Below the pieces are notes generated by a model. That model worked only from the letters and a program-made list of their open reading frames with translations, was not told the origin of the DNA and did no database searches. A DNA stretch of 64,000 nucleotides, taken from NCBI GenBank assembly GCA_030390025.1, contig CM059435.1, positions 85,560,001-85,624,000 on the forward strand, read 5' to 3'. A program made the position numbers and the translations under genes. Positions within the stretch are counted from its first letter, which is position 1; every line of letters starts with the position of its first letter. Below, piece by piece: positions 52,103-64,000 of this stretch. This DNA is from Squalus acanthias (Eukaryota).

Positions 52103-52550
52103 GTCAGCTGTTGCTCAGTTGGTAGCATCCTCACCTCTGAGGTTTGTGGGTTCAAGTCCCACTCCAGTGATTTGAGTACAAAAATCTAGGCTGACACTCC
52201 AGGGCTATACTGAGGGAGTGCCGTCTTTTGGATGCGACGTTAAACCGAGGCCCGTCTGCTCTCTCAGGTGGACTGTAAAAGATCCCATGGCACTATTTCG
52301 AAGAAGAGCAGGGGAGTTATCCCCGGTGTCCTGGCCAATATTCATCCCTCGACCAACATTACTAAACAGATTATCTGGTCATTATCACATTGCTGTTTCT
52401 GGGGGCTTGCTGTGTGCAAATTGGCTGCCGCTTTTCCTACATTACAACAGTGACTACACTCCAACAAGTACTTAATTGGCTGTAAAGCATTTTGGGACAT
52501 CCTGAGGTCATAAAAGGTGCAAATAAATGCAAGTCTTCCTCCTTTCTTTC
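52103..52550 (+). mobile_element. tRNA-headed Deu-domain SINE (SacSINE1/AmnSINE1-like), near full length
   Basis: Box A-like ttgctcagttgg, box B ggttcaagtcc, central taaaccgaggcccgtctgctctctcaggtggac-gtaaaagatcccatggcactatttcgaagaagagcagggg, tail aaatgcaagtctt. Confidence 0.85.
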
Positions 52551-55500
52551 ATTCACAAAATGGATGCAAATGAGGAAGGCTATTTTCCCATCTTAGCACA
52601 GAATTAAAAAAACTCACATTCCCTCAGCTAACTGTCTCTTGAATGAGTCAAAAGTATTCACCAGCATTACAATACCCAAAAGAATATGGCGTGAAGAAGG
52701 TGTTCCTGACATCTAGTCTAAACTTTCCTTTTACCAGTTTATTTAACCCCATGCTGGTTTCCTGATAACACAGTCCCTTTAATATTTTTTACAATGTTTC
52801 ATTTTTGAGAGCACAATTAGTGGGTCAGCATTGGAGAGAAGGGCTAGCTCCCATTTTCAAAAATGTAACTTTAACAGGAGACCGAGTTCCCACGTCCCGG
52901 TGGGTCCTCACTAACCATCGTGCTGGTAAAAAGTTGTCCTCAGCAACATTTTTCTACGATAAAAACAAAGAAATCTGTTGGGACAGGGTCCTTGTACTAA
53001 CAAAAGTATCGTCAATCCAGTTTTTGTGGCACACAAGTCTGTCGCTGGAATAAGAAGCTGGATTTAGTAATGTAAGCCCAGGGGTGATGGATAGTAGTCT
53101 TCTGGAATCCAAACTAAAATAGCAGCAGTATGAGAGCAGATTTAGTGTTTTCCGGTCTGCCTCCTTCTATTCCTATCTCTTGTGAAGTGGCTCTGATTCT
53201 GATTTTGATTTTCTTTGATCTCTGGTTTCTTTTTGTTTGATCCCAGTTTTTTCTTTCATTATTCAGTTGCTCTTCATTCCAGTACTGGATCTGTCTCAGG
53301 TTATCTCTGGAGATCTGGTTTCCTGAGTCCCAGACCAGGAGAGACGGCCTTTCAGAGCCACTAAGTGTACTGCTGTAGAGCACACATGACATCTAACTGA
53401 TTACAGCTTTTTGCCATCTCTGCTTTCTCACGTCCACTCGTACTGCATACCCCGACCTTCAAACAAAAACTATTATTTTTAATTAAATGATGTGGATTAT
53501 TTTAAGCCATTGGGAGCTCCTTTTCCTCTGCCACTGGGGAAGTGAAAGGATTTAATACCAGGAGGCAGCTGGCAAACTACTTTAAATACCTTTTATAGTG
53601 GCTTTGTCAACATCACAATTTGACTTGCAAGCCACGAACCCTAATGCAAACAAGACGGCTTGCTTGGCAGTACTGGACAATAAGAAATTCTGAGTTAGAC
53701 ACTGGTCACAGAGCTTAATGTATACTTTGGTGTTTCTGTAACTGTTCACTCCCCACCCCTTCAGTAGAACAGCAGTGGTTCCACTGTGTTGTTTCATTAA
53801 GAATATTCAGCGATTTTACTTCTAGTTAGCTTTAACAAAAAATGTTCCATATATGCAGTGGAGGCTCATTACTAACTTTTCGATTTGAAACACAGATAGA
53901 ATAGTGTGCAGCTGGAGCATTTGCGTAGCACAGAGGGCATAGCATGGATCAGAGAGCACCTGTGACACAGAGGGCAAGGCACCGGCCAAATTGCGTTCCA
54001 AGGCTGTAATACATTGTGTTGCACAGTGATCTACGATGCTCAGACAATATCATAAACCATGGGAATGAAGCACGAATTTGTTAATGTTATCTGAACTCTG
54101 AGCTGTGCTGCACCTTTGAAACTCACTCAACCTGTAGTGTTCCATATGTTATGTTTTGAGATTTAATTCCAGGAAGGGGTCAGCTTTGTTAAATAACATG
54201 ATAATGTGATAACTTAGTCAGACACCTCCTGACTTTGCTCTCCTGTGCAGAGAAATGGCCAGTCAAATTATACTTTTACAGCAAATAAAATCAAACTGTT
54301 TTGAAACTGGTGATCGGTCTATACCACTGTGGGAACTCTCGGTCTTTGTGTAGAAGCTCTGTCTAGTCATATAACAGTTAAAGTGGACTATTAACTGGTT
54401 TGCCAAACCTTGTCCTGCTTGCCTGCCTTTATATAGATGCATGCTCCAGTCTCCCAATCACCAAAAACTGCAATCCACCTCAAACAGTTTTTTATAAACC
54501 CATCCAATCCTCTCCCTCCACAGGGTTTCATTGGGCCGGTAAGTTAGTGGGCGTTTAGGAGCATGAACTACTCTACTGCTGGCAGAGGTCATTTAGAATT
54601 TTCTTGGTTTCATGTGGACTCGAACATGGTCAGTGCCCCCCACCTTCAGGCACATCTGGGAGGAGGTCTGATGAGAGATCCTTCCACACTTTTTCCATTT
54701 ACAACGGCTCCATAATCTATTTTTAAACAGCTTTGGCTTCTCGCAACTATTTTTTTCTTAATTATTCACGAGCTTGTGCTACAAAAGGTTTTATATTTAA
54801 GACAAATGTGTGCGTGTGCGGGGGCGGGGGGAGGCGGGAGAGGGGTTGATAATTGGTTTAACAAACATTACAGTTTAAAAACTCTGGCATTGTTAATCCT
54901 TTTGGTAACATTAGCTTACATTCCACTTTGAACAAACTGCCCTTTAGATGCCTGGATTTCATTTATGTTTGCGGACTTGACTCGCCTGCTCCCTCTGAGC
55001 AAAGAGTAATAAGAGAAGCATGAAAATATCTAATACACATGTAAATGGTCTTTTCCTGCTCTGCAGTATCCACTGTCACTGGAACCAGCTGAATTAAAAA
55101 AAACTAACGGAGCAGCTTGTTGGAGCACCAACACATGACATGGAGGATTATAAGACCTAGGTCTCAATCCCTCGAGTTCACCAAGAGCTTAGCCTCAGCG
55201 ACACTGCTGCAGTGAGGTGTTCAGCAGAGGCTAGGCGCTTCCTAGAGATGGGAGCAGAACTACAGTGGTCTCCAGGCGAGCTCTTATCCATGAGTATACC
55301 ACTAGTCCTCTGCCGTCGATGGGAGAGCATCACGTTTTGCTGTTGATGAGATGAGTGCCACTCCTCTGCTATGGATGAGAGGAGTATCAGGTATCAGGCA
55401 GCCACCTCAGTGCAGTGTTGGCACGGATTTATTGCACAAGGTGGGTTGGAAATAGTGAGGGGAGAAAAATCCCCAAAACAAGAGATGTATCAGCAAAAAG

Positions 55501-56527
55501 TTACCCAAATATTTAAAAAGGAATTGTTCCTGTTTTGTGGAGGAGAGGTGCCAAGAAGAATTGTTGTCATTCATCACAATGACTTGAGCAGTTCACAAAA
55601 CAATGGGTGATGATATTCTTTTGAAGGTGGCTTTACATTGCTGGAGAGCCCTCAACATGGTATTCTTCTTGTCAACTGCAGAGGCACAAACTCCTCTCGT
55701 CAACAGCAGACATATGAGCCCTGGTTTTATTTCGGGGTGAGTGAGGTGTGGGGTGGGGTGGGAGGGAAACCCCCCTCAGACACCTCATGGTGAGGCCCAG
55801 CCCTTTTAACTTCTGGGCCTCATTTACATTTCTCTGCACTGTCTCCCACACGGGGCCAGCGGGAATGACGCAAGAGCCAGAGGGCGGGAGTGGGAGATCG
55901 GCAGGAGGCCGACGTCACCTAGAAACCAAGGGAACAATCCCCGGCAGGGTAAGTGAGAAGGGGGCTGCCCATGATGACTGCAGCTGGAGAAGGGGGGAAG
56001 GGAAAGACTGGGGAAGAGGAGGCCCAAGGTTTCTTGCTCCTCCTGGGCCACAAGCAACCTTAAGAAAATGTAAAAATGATCAGTGCCGTGCAGGTGTCCC
56101 GATCCTAGGAGTTAAAATTGTGTCATGGCGCCAATGACATCAATGGGCCGTGTCGTTCTCATTTTAATTAGGCCTCTACTCCTTTGTGACAGCCAGCCTT
56201 CTCATGCCTGATTTCAGGTTAAGTTAAGATGGTGGCAAGCAGGAATGTGGCACAACCACCGCCCCCCCTCTTCATCTTAAGACCCTGCTTGTATAATTTC
56301 CGCTGGGCGTGGGGGGGGGGGTCAAAATGCCTCCTGTGATATTTCCTCATCACTTGCAGGTGCAGTAGCCCCACCATTTATGCCACTCTATTACAAGTGA
56401 CCTGACCTCTGGAGACTCAACAGCCTTGGAGATGTACATTTTCAGGTGTCTCATGAGCTGCTGTTGACAACAATAATATCTTGCATTTATGTAACGCCTT
56501 TAACATAGAAAAACATCTCAAGGAGCA

Positions 56528-56932
56528 TTTTTATTTAATTCATTCTTGGGCTGTCGGCATCACTGGAAAGGTCGGCTTGGATTGCCCAACCCTAGTTGCC
56601 CTGAGAAGGTGGTGGTGAGCTGCCTTCTTGAACCGCTGCGGTCAGTGTGGTGAAGGTGCTCCCACAATACTGTTAGGTAGGGAGTTCCAGGATTTTGACC
56701 CAGTGACGATGAAGGAATGGCAATGTAGGGGCAAGTTGGGATAGTGTATGACTTGAAGGGGAACTTGGGGGTGATGGATCTGCACCTGCTGCCCTTGTCC
56801 TTCTAGGTGGTGGAAGTCCCAGGTTTGGGACATGCTGCTGAAGATTCATGGCGAGTTACTGCAGTGCATCCTGTAGATAGTAGACACTGCAGCCACGGTA
56901 CGCCAGTGAGTGGAGGGGGCTGGATGTTGAAA
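56528..56932 (-). mobile_element. LINE 3' fragment
   Basis: Minus-strand SFIVTGSKSWNSLPNSIVGAPSPH, then RFKKAAHHHLL-like ORF2 end and an A-rich tail. Confidence 0.75.
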
Positions 56933-57554
56933 CTAAAAATGTGAGGAGAGACTGTTAATGGGGAGAGCCTGGTGCACAAAGGTCCATGTTTCTATGTGGG
57001 TTTCGGTCCCCTAGAACAAACCATCAGAGTGTGTGTTTAATGGTTCCCTCTTCTCATCAGAAAGAGACCTATGGCTCCTATGAATTGGGTTCTTTCAAGT
57101 TCCTGAATCAGTGATGGGAATAACCTTCCTGTGCTGTGCCCCATGTACAGCAGTGCATTTTCATTTATCTCAGTGCTGGGGGTCCTGAGATTTAACAGCC
57201 CATTTAAAAATATATCCGCTGATTTGCAGCAGCACTCTGCGTTAGAGCATTAATACATGGAGTCACTGGGTGACAGGGTGCTGGTTCCCTTCAAGTTCCC
57301 AATCTCAGATTTTGCTGTCGATGTGAAAGGGTATTTCATGCAGGTCAGTGCTTCCCCACAGTTAGAAAGAGAGAGAGAGACAAAATAAAATCCGAGATAA
57401 AAGTCTGAGACCGCTCTGGAGTACAGGATTAGTGGAAGCTTGCGAGCAGCTCACACGAGTTTATCGGTTGTGTAGTAAGAGGAAGCCAAAGCTGACTAGG
57501 AAGAAAATGATTCAATACTTTTGAATATTTGATTTTTCTGATCACGGGACTAGG

Positions 57555-57830
57555 AAGAAGAACTTGAATTTATATAGTGCTTTATCATGTCCCCAGAACC
57601 AATGACTTACTTCGGAAGTGCACTCAATTAGCTTTGTAGGGTAATGTGGCAATCAATTTGCAAATAGCAAGATCTCAAAAACAGCAAATGAGATGAATGA
57701 TCAGTTAATATTGTTTTTCGGGGTGTTCAGGGAAGGAATGTTGGTCAGATACCAAGAGGACTCCCTGCTGCTCTCCAAATAGGGCCAAAGATCTTTTACA
57801 TCTGCCTGAACCACCGGAACAGGCAGATTA
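57555..57830 (-). mobile_element. Deu-domain SINE, strongly decayed
   Basis: aacttgaatttatatagtgc...aaacagcaaatgagatgaatgatcag...gatcttttacatctgcctga resembles the 40620 copy. Confidence 0.6.
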
Positions 57831-59059
57831 ACTAATTACCTTCCTACATCTCTAGCAACAAAGAGGAGAATTAAGCATTAGTAATCTTAACTTCCCTGTA
57901 CCATATCCTGTTGGAATCACTTTTGTGTCTTGGAAGGCAAGTAGCAGCTCTTAACCCTGTGGCTGATGCTGCTGGACTTCAGAGTATGAACTGTTTGTCA
58001 TTTACTGAGTTTGAATAACCCATCCCATGCCCTCTCTCCTCTTGGATCCAGGTTTAGATCCTCTCTTTATTGATTAAAATTTCTGTGCTTTTTCCTGTTC
58101 TGTTTCATACCCAAGTCAAAAGTGCACGGTGGCTGTGATACAGTGCGGTTGCAAAGCTTACAGGAGCATGGAAGTGAAGGGTTTCTGAAAAGTACCATTT
58201 AAGTTTTTTTTTAAACTGTCAGTACATAGCAGAGGGCTGCATCTGACTGTCCAATTGTTATTGAAGCATACTTACTTTCTTCCTAAAGCTTTTAGCTCTA
58301 CACAGAACAGGAAAGAGGTGCGCAATTACACTGTCGACATGGGGCCGTTGAGCCAATTAGAGAAATAGTTTGTATCTTAAGCGTGATTGTTCCAGAACAT
58401 TCCACTCCACAGAGTTCAAATGTGCAACCCTGAAATGTGTCAAAGAGAAACTTTACCTGTTTGGCACAGAGATTGGCAGGATGCCTGCTTTCGGGTAGTA
58501 AATGTTTAAGAAGATAGCGCCCACTATCACGCAGCTGTAAATTTGCTCAGGTTTTAAATAAAAGTGATAATCGCGAGTGTTGCTTACTAAGATGACGCAA
58601 GAGAAATCTCGCAATGCATCGTCGGGCAAGGAACAGAAAAATTGATCTTGCTACTTTAAGTCTAACGTCAGCCCATTCAGAGTACTGTACATTTTACTAT
58701 GGTTCACACAGAGCTATCGGAGATTAAAATTGTTAACATATTTTACAACGGATTTAGGATTTATCTAAGGAAACTGCAGCATCATGGCTGGTTATAGAAT
58801 GGGGAAACAGCAAGGAAGGTAAAATATAATCTTGAAAAAGAAAAGTGGTGAAAGACACAAGTTAAGTTGACCTGGACTACAGTGAAAGCTGCTGTGGGAT
58901 GCTAGCGATATTCTGAGCTTTCATTTGAGGTGGTGGTTAAAAAAAATAAGTTATTCTCTAGTTGAGACTATATTTTCTTAAAAGCAGCCACGGTGCAACC
59001 ACTCTCCACCCCAACACTCGGCCCCCCGCCCCCCATAAATAAAAAGAGATGCTCCTTAC

Positions 59060-59189
59060 CTATGTCGGAGCTGCAGAAAGCGTCCTGGGGATGGTTTGGC
59101 ATGCAAGTGCATGCCTCCGTTAGCTCATTGAGTTGCATGCTGCTCAAAGCCAGCAGCAGGCTCAAAGCTGCTGTGACAGAAATCGGCAT
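59060..59189 (-). CDS. TIMP3: TIMP3 coding exon 1 (signal peptide and mature N-terminus)
   Basis: ATG at 59189. MPISVTAALSLLLALSSMQLNELTEA|CTCMPNHPQDAFCSSDI: hydrophobic signal peptide, then the TIMP C-x-C...HPQ..FC motif. Donor G|gtaagg, phase 1. Confidence 0.97.
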
Positions 59190-59359
59190 TCTCTCTGAAA
59201 GACTCTCTTTTTTTGGCGAGTGAGATGCTTTGATAAATCGAGAGTTTCAGGAACCAAACAGAAATAAGGGAAACAATCTATACTATTTTGTTCAAATGTT
59301 CTAGGCGATGACTGTTCTTTCTCTTTCTCCCTCTTCCTCTCTCTCCTGCTGAATGAGAG

Positions 59360-59465
59360 AATATAACTACCTACCATGTATTAGACAAGTGACATAATAG
59401 CTCTGCCCACCCCCTCGATGCAGGAGCCAATTAGCAAGTAGCAGATGGCTGTGATGTCATAAGAG
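59360..59465 (-). promoter_or_regulatory. Candidate TIMP3 proximal promoter
   Basis: 170-270 bp upstream of the ATG: CRE/AP-1-like TGACATCA (59452-59459), CCAAT box (59427-59431), Sp/KLF GT-box GGGGTGGGC (about 59405-59413), TATA-like TATTAT (59394-59399), in plausible order. The TSS cannot be seen from sequence. Confidence 0.5.
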
Positions 59466-60425
59466 GAGTCGGTGGCAGGAGTGGGAATCCGGGCAGTCGG
59501 AAGGACATGTTAATGATTCTGGGATAAACAGCTGCCTTGTTAGCAACTGAGGAGGGAAAAAAAAATAATTGCTCAGTATTTTCAAAAGGGAAAGACCTGT
59601 CAGAAGCCACGTCCAGAGCATATTAGGTCGTGTCTGTGAAGTATTTAAAATCGAACGCAGAAAGAGGGGAATGTGTTAAATATTAAACTAAATTGTTAAT
59701 AAGTTAAACAGAAATATTGAGAGCAGCCCTGTTGTTGTTCTTCCTTCCAGCCCCCTGCTTTTTTTATTTCAATGGATTGCAATAACCCTGAGGAATCTGG
59801 GTCATCATTGTTACACATGACAAAGATGAAGAGAGTGACAGGGTGGGGGAGAGAGGTGGGGAGCATTCCATTCCTCTTTAACTGTGTGTCACCCTGCATG
59901 TTAACAATGATGTGAAGGAATAAGATTAAATATTTGCAAACTGAGGAGTGGGTGGTGATTAGTCCCTGGGGAAACATCTGTTGTACACAGAGTAGACTGT
60001 TAGCTGGAACTTTATTTTTTAGTCTGTTTTGAAAGTTTGGTGGGGGGGTGGGAAGTAAAGTGCTTCCTGAGAAAAGGGAGGTGTGTACAAGTTTCTTGAG
60101 GTTAACACATTAGACAGTCTGTTCCCACTGGTGTGTCATTGTGCACAATGTCTGTGTACATCATCCATCTGTGGTTTGACTAAGTTTCCTCAGACCAATT
60201 TTCTCCACAGAGTTGACAGAATATAGTGCGCCCACATTCCCTGTCTTTGCCAGTTTTTTGCTTTTGGCAATGAACTGCAGAAAAACTAACTGCAATATCA
60301 CACAAATCCTGGTTGCTGACGTGATGGAATGTTGTCCACAGTGAAAAGAATGTCAGATACTTTACAACAAATTGACTACAGCATTGCCCACAGTCAGTTC
60401 ATAAATATATGTATTTTTCAAACCT

Positions 60426-60652
60426 ATAAGCATTTATAATGGAACTATTATTTTAGATAATACTTTTATTTTATATTGTTTACTGGTTGACTGGTGCACA
60501 TGTTGCACATGGAGAGTCAAGGCCAAATGTGTTCAGATGAAGCGGGGTTACAGGGTGGGAGCTAATTGGACCAGGGCACCTAGATGTCATTCAGCCCCAT
60601 TTTGAAGTCATACATTCTGTTCTATTTTTATAGTTCCATTATAAATGCTTAT
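60426..60652. repeat. Perfect 23-bp inverted repeat spanning 227 bp (MITE-like)
   Basis: ATAAGCATTTATAATGGAACTAT (60426-60448) / ATAGTTCCATTATAAATGCTTAT (60630-60652). Confidence 0.8.
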
Positions 60653-61614
60653 GTCTGCATATATGGTTGGGTGGGGTGGGGTGGAGTGTATATGTTTTGA
60701 TACACAAGGTATCGCAATTGTGTGGGACAAGCTCGATGGACCAGATGGTCTTTACCTGTCCGACATTGTTATTATGTTCATATATAATGGAAATGCCAAA
60801 GCCAACTTGTAATTACATCTTTCTGCCAGGGGTGGTGTTGTAGTGCCTCTACTGGGAAAGGGCATAATTACAGAGTGACAAGTTTACATAGGCAAGTTTC
60901 CATTATAAATGTGCACATAGGAATTTATAATGAAATAAATTTGACAGGAAATGTGCACAGATGTAAGATCCTTATTACTAAGAGATCTCGTGCGGCATTG
61001 CTCAAGGTAAGTTTGGGGATTTGCTGTTTTATTATTGGGGTTTTTAATGCTATTGGGATAACATCAGGGCCACTGATTTATACTGGCTGAATAAATCAAA
61101 TTCCATTCTTTTAAATTCTGGGAAATTTACTAACTTTCCCTTTGGGGACTGAATTTCACAATTCCGTACATTATTCGGTGAAAACAGTAAATGAGTAGTC
61201 TTTATTTTATAATATACAGCTTTACCTATGTATTTAATTTTTGTCTCCTACCATTTTTATAGCTGAGAATACACAATAAGATGGTATGTAAGATTCACCA
61301 ATTGGGTATTATACATTCATAAGTGCTGCGGAGGGGAAATGGAGTTTAGTTGCACTTTAGGGCCAGCCTGTGCTTGGTAGCAGTGGGAGCAATCTGCGCT
61401 TTGGTAGTAATGGGCAATCATTCTGAGCTTTGCTGGCACTGGGGAATGGTCTTCAGGTTTAACAGAACTAGGATGGGAGCCCCGCAGTTTCTGAGAACTG
61501 CAATGGGGCTATGGCGTTTGCAGCATGGGAGAGTCCTTTAATCTGACATTATTGTGGAGAGGGAACTTGAGATTTGGCAGAACTGGGGGTTGAATGTGAA
61601 CTTGTGGAGTCCTT

Positions 61615-62170
61615 ACAACAACAACCTACATTTATATAGCACCTTTAATGTAGAAACTGTCCTAAGGCACTTCACCGAAGTGTAATCAGACAAAGGTCGA
61701 CACCGAGCTAAGGAAAGAGCTATTTAGGAGATGAGCAGGGGTGACTAACAGCTTGGTCAAAGAGGTTGGATTTAAGGAGGGTCTTAAAGGAGGTGACGGA
61801 AGTGGAGAGGTGGAGAAGTTTACGGAGGGAATTCCAAAGCTTAGGGCCTAGACAGCTAAAGGTACGGCCGCCAATGGTGGGGCGAAGGAAATCGGGTGCA
61901 CAAGCCGCCAGATTTGGGAGGAACGCAGAGTTCTGGGGTGTTCCAGGGCTGGAGAAGGTTACAGAGATTAGGAGGGGCAAGGCCATGAAGGGATTTAAAC
62001 ACAAATTTGAGGCATTAGAGGACCAGGAGCCAATGTAGGTCAGCGAATACAGGAATGAAGTGGAACTTGGTGCTGGATAGGATATGGGCAGCAAAATTTT
62101 GGATGAGCTGAGGTTAATGGAGCATGGCCAAGAGAATGTTTGAATAGTTAAGTCTGGAGGGTGATAAAGG
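61615..62170 (-). mobile_element. L2-clade LINE 3' end
   Basis: ORF 61720-62094 IGGRTFSCLGPKLWNSL...SFKTLLKSNLF, typical of the L2 ORF2 C-terminus; 3' tail ggtgctatataaatgtaggttgttgttg. Confidence 0.85.
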
Positions 62171-62396
62171 CATAGAGCTGTTAACAGCTGAGAAGGAAGA
62201 AACTTGGAGAGGGGATAAAATCCTCATAATCCCTCTTCTGCAGTGTGCTGTCGACACTCTATCGGTGAGATGAGATTCTCTGCTGATGTTACATTTTGTG
62301 ACATGTAAACAATGTCACCTCGTCCTGAACAAGCTACTCCCTCTGTAGACCTGCCAATTTTTAATATTCAATTTGTCTTTTAAACAAAACACTAAA

Positions 62397-63379
62397 GGCT
62401 AGAAATTAATCTCCTTACCGACAATCCATAGCGCCATGACATGGCGATAAAATGGCAGGCTGCCGCTCTTTCACCAGCTGGTGGCGGGTCCCGCGGTGGC
62501 CACCATATTGTTCTCCCCCTTTGCGCTGCTGATAACTGGCAGCGCCCTGGAAAAAAAATGGCAGCATGGTGACGTCAATCGGCGTGCTACGCCGACTCAA
62601 CGTCGCCAACGCGAACTTTGACCCTAGTGCTGAATTCCTAGCGTCTGCATTGAGCAGTGTGTGAGGCCAGTGATGCAGTTGGTAGGAGACGGCTTTTGAA
62701 AATGCATTCACTGACCTTGACCAGTGGCCTGAGGTCATGAAGCTTCTTTGGGCACTGGAGCCAGGTGGTGGGGGTGACACTGCTGGCAGTGACGGCCTTA
62801 GTGATGTACTCCCACATTGTTCTTTCTGGAGGACCTCCAGGCCCCTGTGGGTAGAGGGCCGCTCTTGCAGTATTGACCCTGTGCTCAAAGCTGGAGTGCT
62901 GCATGTGAGACCCTCGGTGCCTCTTCCCTGGCTTGCTGAGCCATTTGTGTTGGTGCTGAGGCAGTTTTCCCATTTGTTGAGGTTAGGAAGGTAATCCAGC
63001 TTTAACAACTGAATATTCACATTTGGAACTTCTTTTAAATATTGAATATTTCTTAAAAGGCAGAAAAATGTATTGATTCACTGCATTTTATTTTGTATTG
63101 CTTCAGTGTGCATGGCCCCTTTAATTCTCAGACCTCTTCATTACCCACAATTCCTTGCTGTGGGAAGCTGCAATGCCGGACCTGGACAGAGACTTTGTCC
63201 CGGATCCCTCCAGCAATGCCACCAGGACGGCATTGCACGGAAGGTGAGCGCTGCGCCACCTATCTCCATGCCCCCCAGACCAATTTCACTCGGTTGGCGC
63301 TGCGACCATTTTCAGCACCCGTTAACTGCAGTTGCCGGTAACATCGGCAACTTTGCTGGCGAACACAAATTTTTCCCCC
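62397..63379 (-). mobile_element. Harbinger-type element with Myb/SANT-like remnant
   Basis: Imperfect TIRs GGCTAGAAATT / AATTTTTCCCCC. ORF 62638-62973 MWEYITKAVTASSVTPTTWLQCPKKLHDLRPLVK is homologous to the 13800-13899 peptide and has a donor-like AAG|GT at the same position. Confidence 0.7.
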
Positions 63380-64000
63380 TCAGGTCTTTCTTTCTATGAG
63401 CAGAGCTAACCAATCCCAGAGTCAATGGAAGGATCAAATCACCAGACTACTCGCTCATGTACCTCTCCTAGTGACCAGTTAAACATTAAACACATCAATC
63501 AGAGAACTGTCATCCAGGACGATAAATGGTCTTTACAACACCAACATTGTGGTTTGATTGGCTGACATTTGCCACATCACTCAATAGAATGAACATGATT
63601 TGGCATTTGGGTCCATTATTCATATTTCCGACTGTACAGCTTTAGGTTAATAACATGCTTGTTGTTTTAGTAATGTGTCAACCCTCTGTTAGAAAGTTCC
63701 GAGACCTATAATTCATGAAAAAGATGCAATTGTGACTTTAAGTAGTTTTGATTTATTTTTTTCTAGAAGAAATCAAACACAGGGTTGTTACATCACCCCT
63801 CCCTAGCCTGCCCTTAATGATTTAATAGTTCCTTGTTCTCAGTGGTTAAAAATATAGAAACGTTCCTATCCCTTTGTAAAATCACAGAGCCTCGGTCTCT
63901 TGTTCAGATTCCGCAGTGTGTATAAGATGTGTCTGTTTCCATAGTTACTGGTTAAGAATCCAGCATCTCTGGTTACAATGTAGATTAGATATCAGACAAA

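Noticed and set aside
52103-52170. tRNA gene (box A/box B), likewise near 41010-41080
   Set aside because: These are SINE heads continuing into the Deu-domain body; no complete cloverleaf is evident.
53114-53392. 92-aa charged minus-strand ORF
   Set aside because: Explained by T-rich low-complexity composition; no motif or splice support.
62415-63020. 201-aa minus-strand ORF as a host gene or domesticated Myb/SANT gene
   Set aside because: It sits inside a TIR-bounded element; the Myb-like motif is in a different frame and is degenerate.
59500-64000. Next SYN3 exon (expected P-V-V-V-K-x-G-H-A-H motif)
   Set aside because: Not found by eye; it presumably lies beyond the window.

Overview
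Vertebrate genomic DNA. The repeat content (CR1/L2 LINEs, Deu-domain and LF-SINE-like SINEs, Penelope-type palindromes) points to a cartilaginous fish; this is an inference. The window holds a complete five-exon TIMP3 gene on the minus strand (CDS 59189 to 31923, 214 aa, 12 canonical Cys, all introns GT-AG). It is nested antisense inside an intron of a synapsin gene, most likely SYN3, of which two plus-strand C-domain exons are visible (12327-12483 and 26376-26465). This synapsin-TIMP nesting is an established, ancient arrangement. The rest is intronic and dense in transposons: two fairly young CR1 LINEs, L2 and other LINE fragments, three SINE families, many PIF/Harbinger-type elements (transposase and Myb/SANT remnants, CpG-rich MITEs), and short Penelope-type fold-back insertions with hammerhead-ribozyme-like remnants. 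Almost all ORF-track entries are spurious or transposon-derived. I found no convincing evidence of a wholly new biological system. The best leads are the fold-back insertion with a 12-bp TSD, the Harbinger families with ANT target duplications, sense-oriented transposon splice sites next to a SYN3 exon, and candidate conserved miRNA sites in the TIMP3 3'UTR. Exon coordinates were read base by base; repeat boundaries are approximate unless TIRs or TSDs are quoted.
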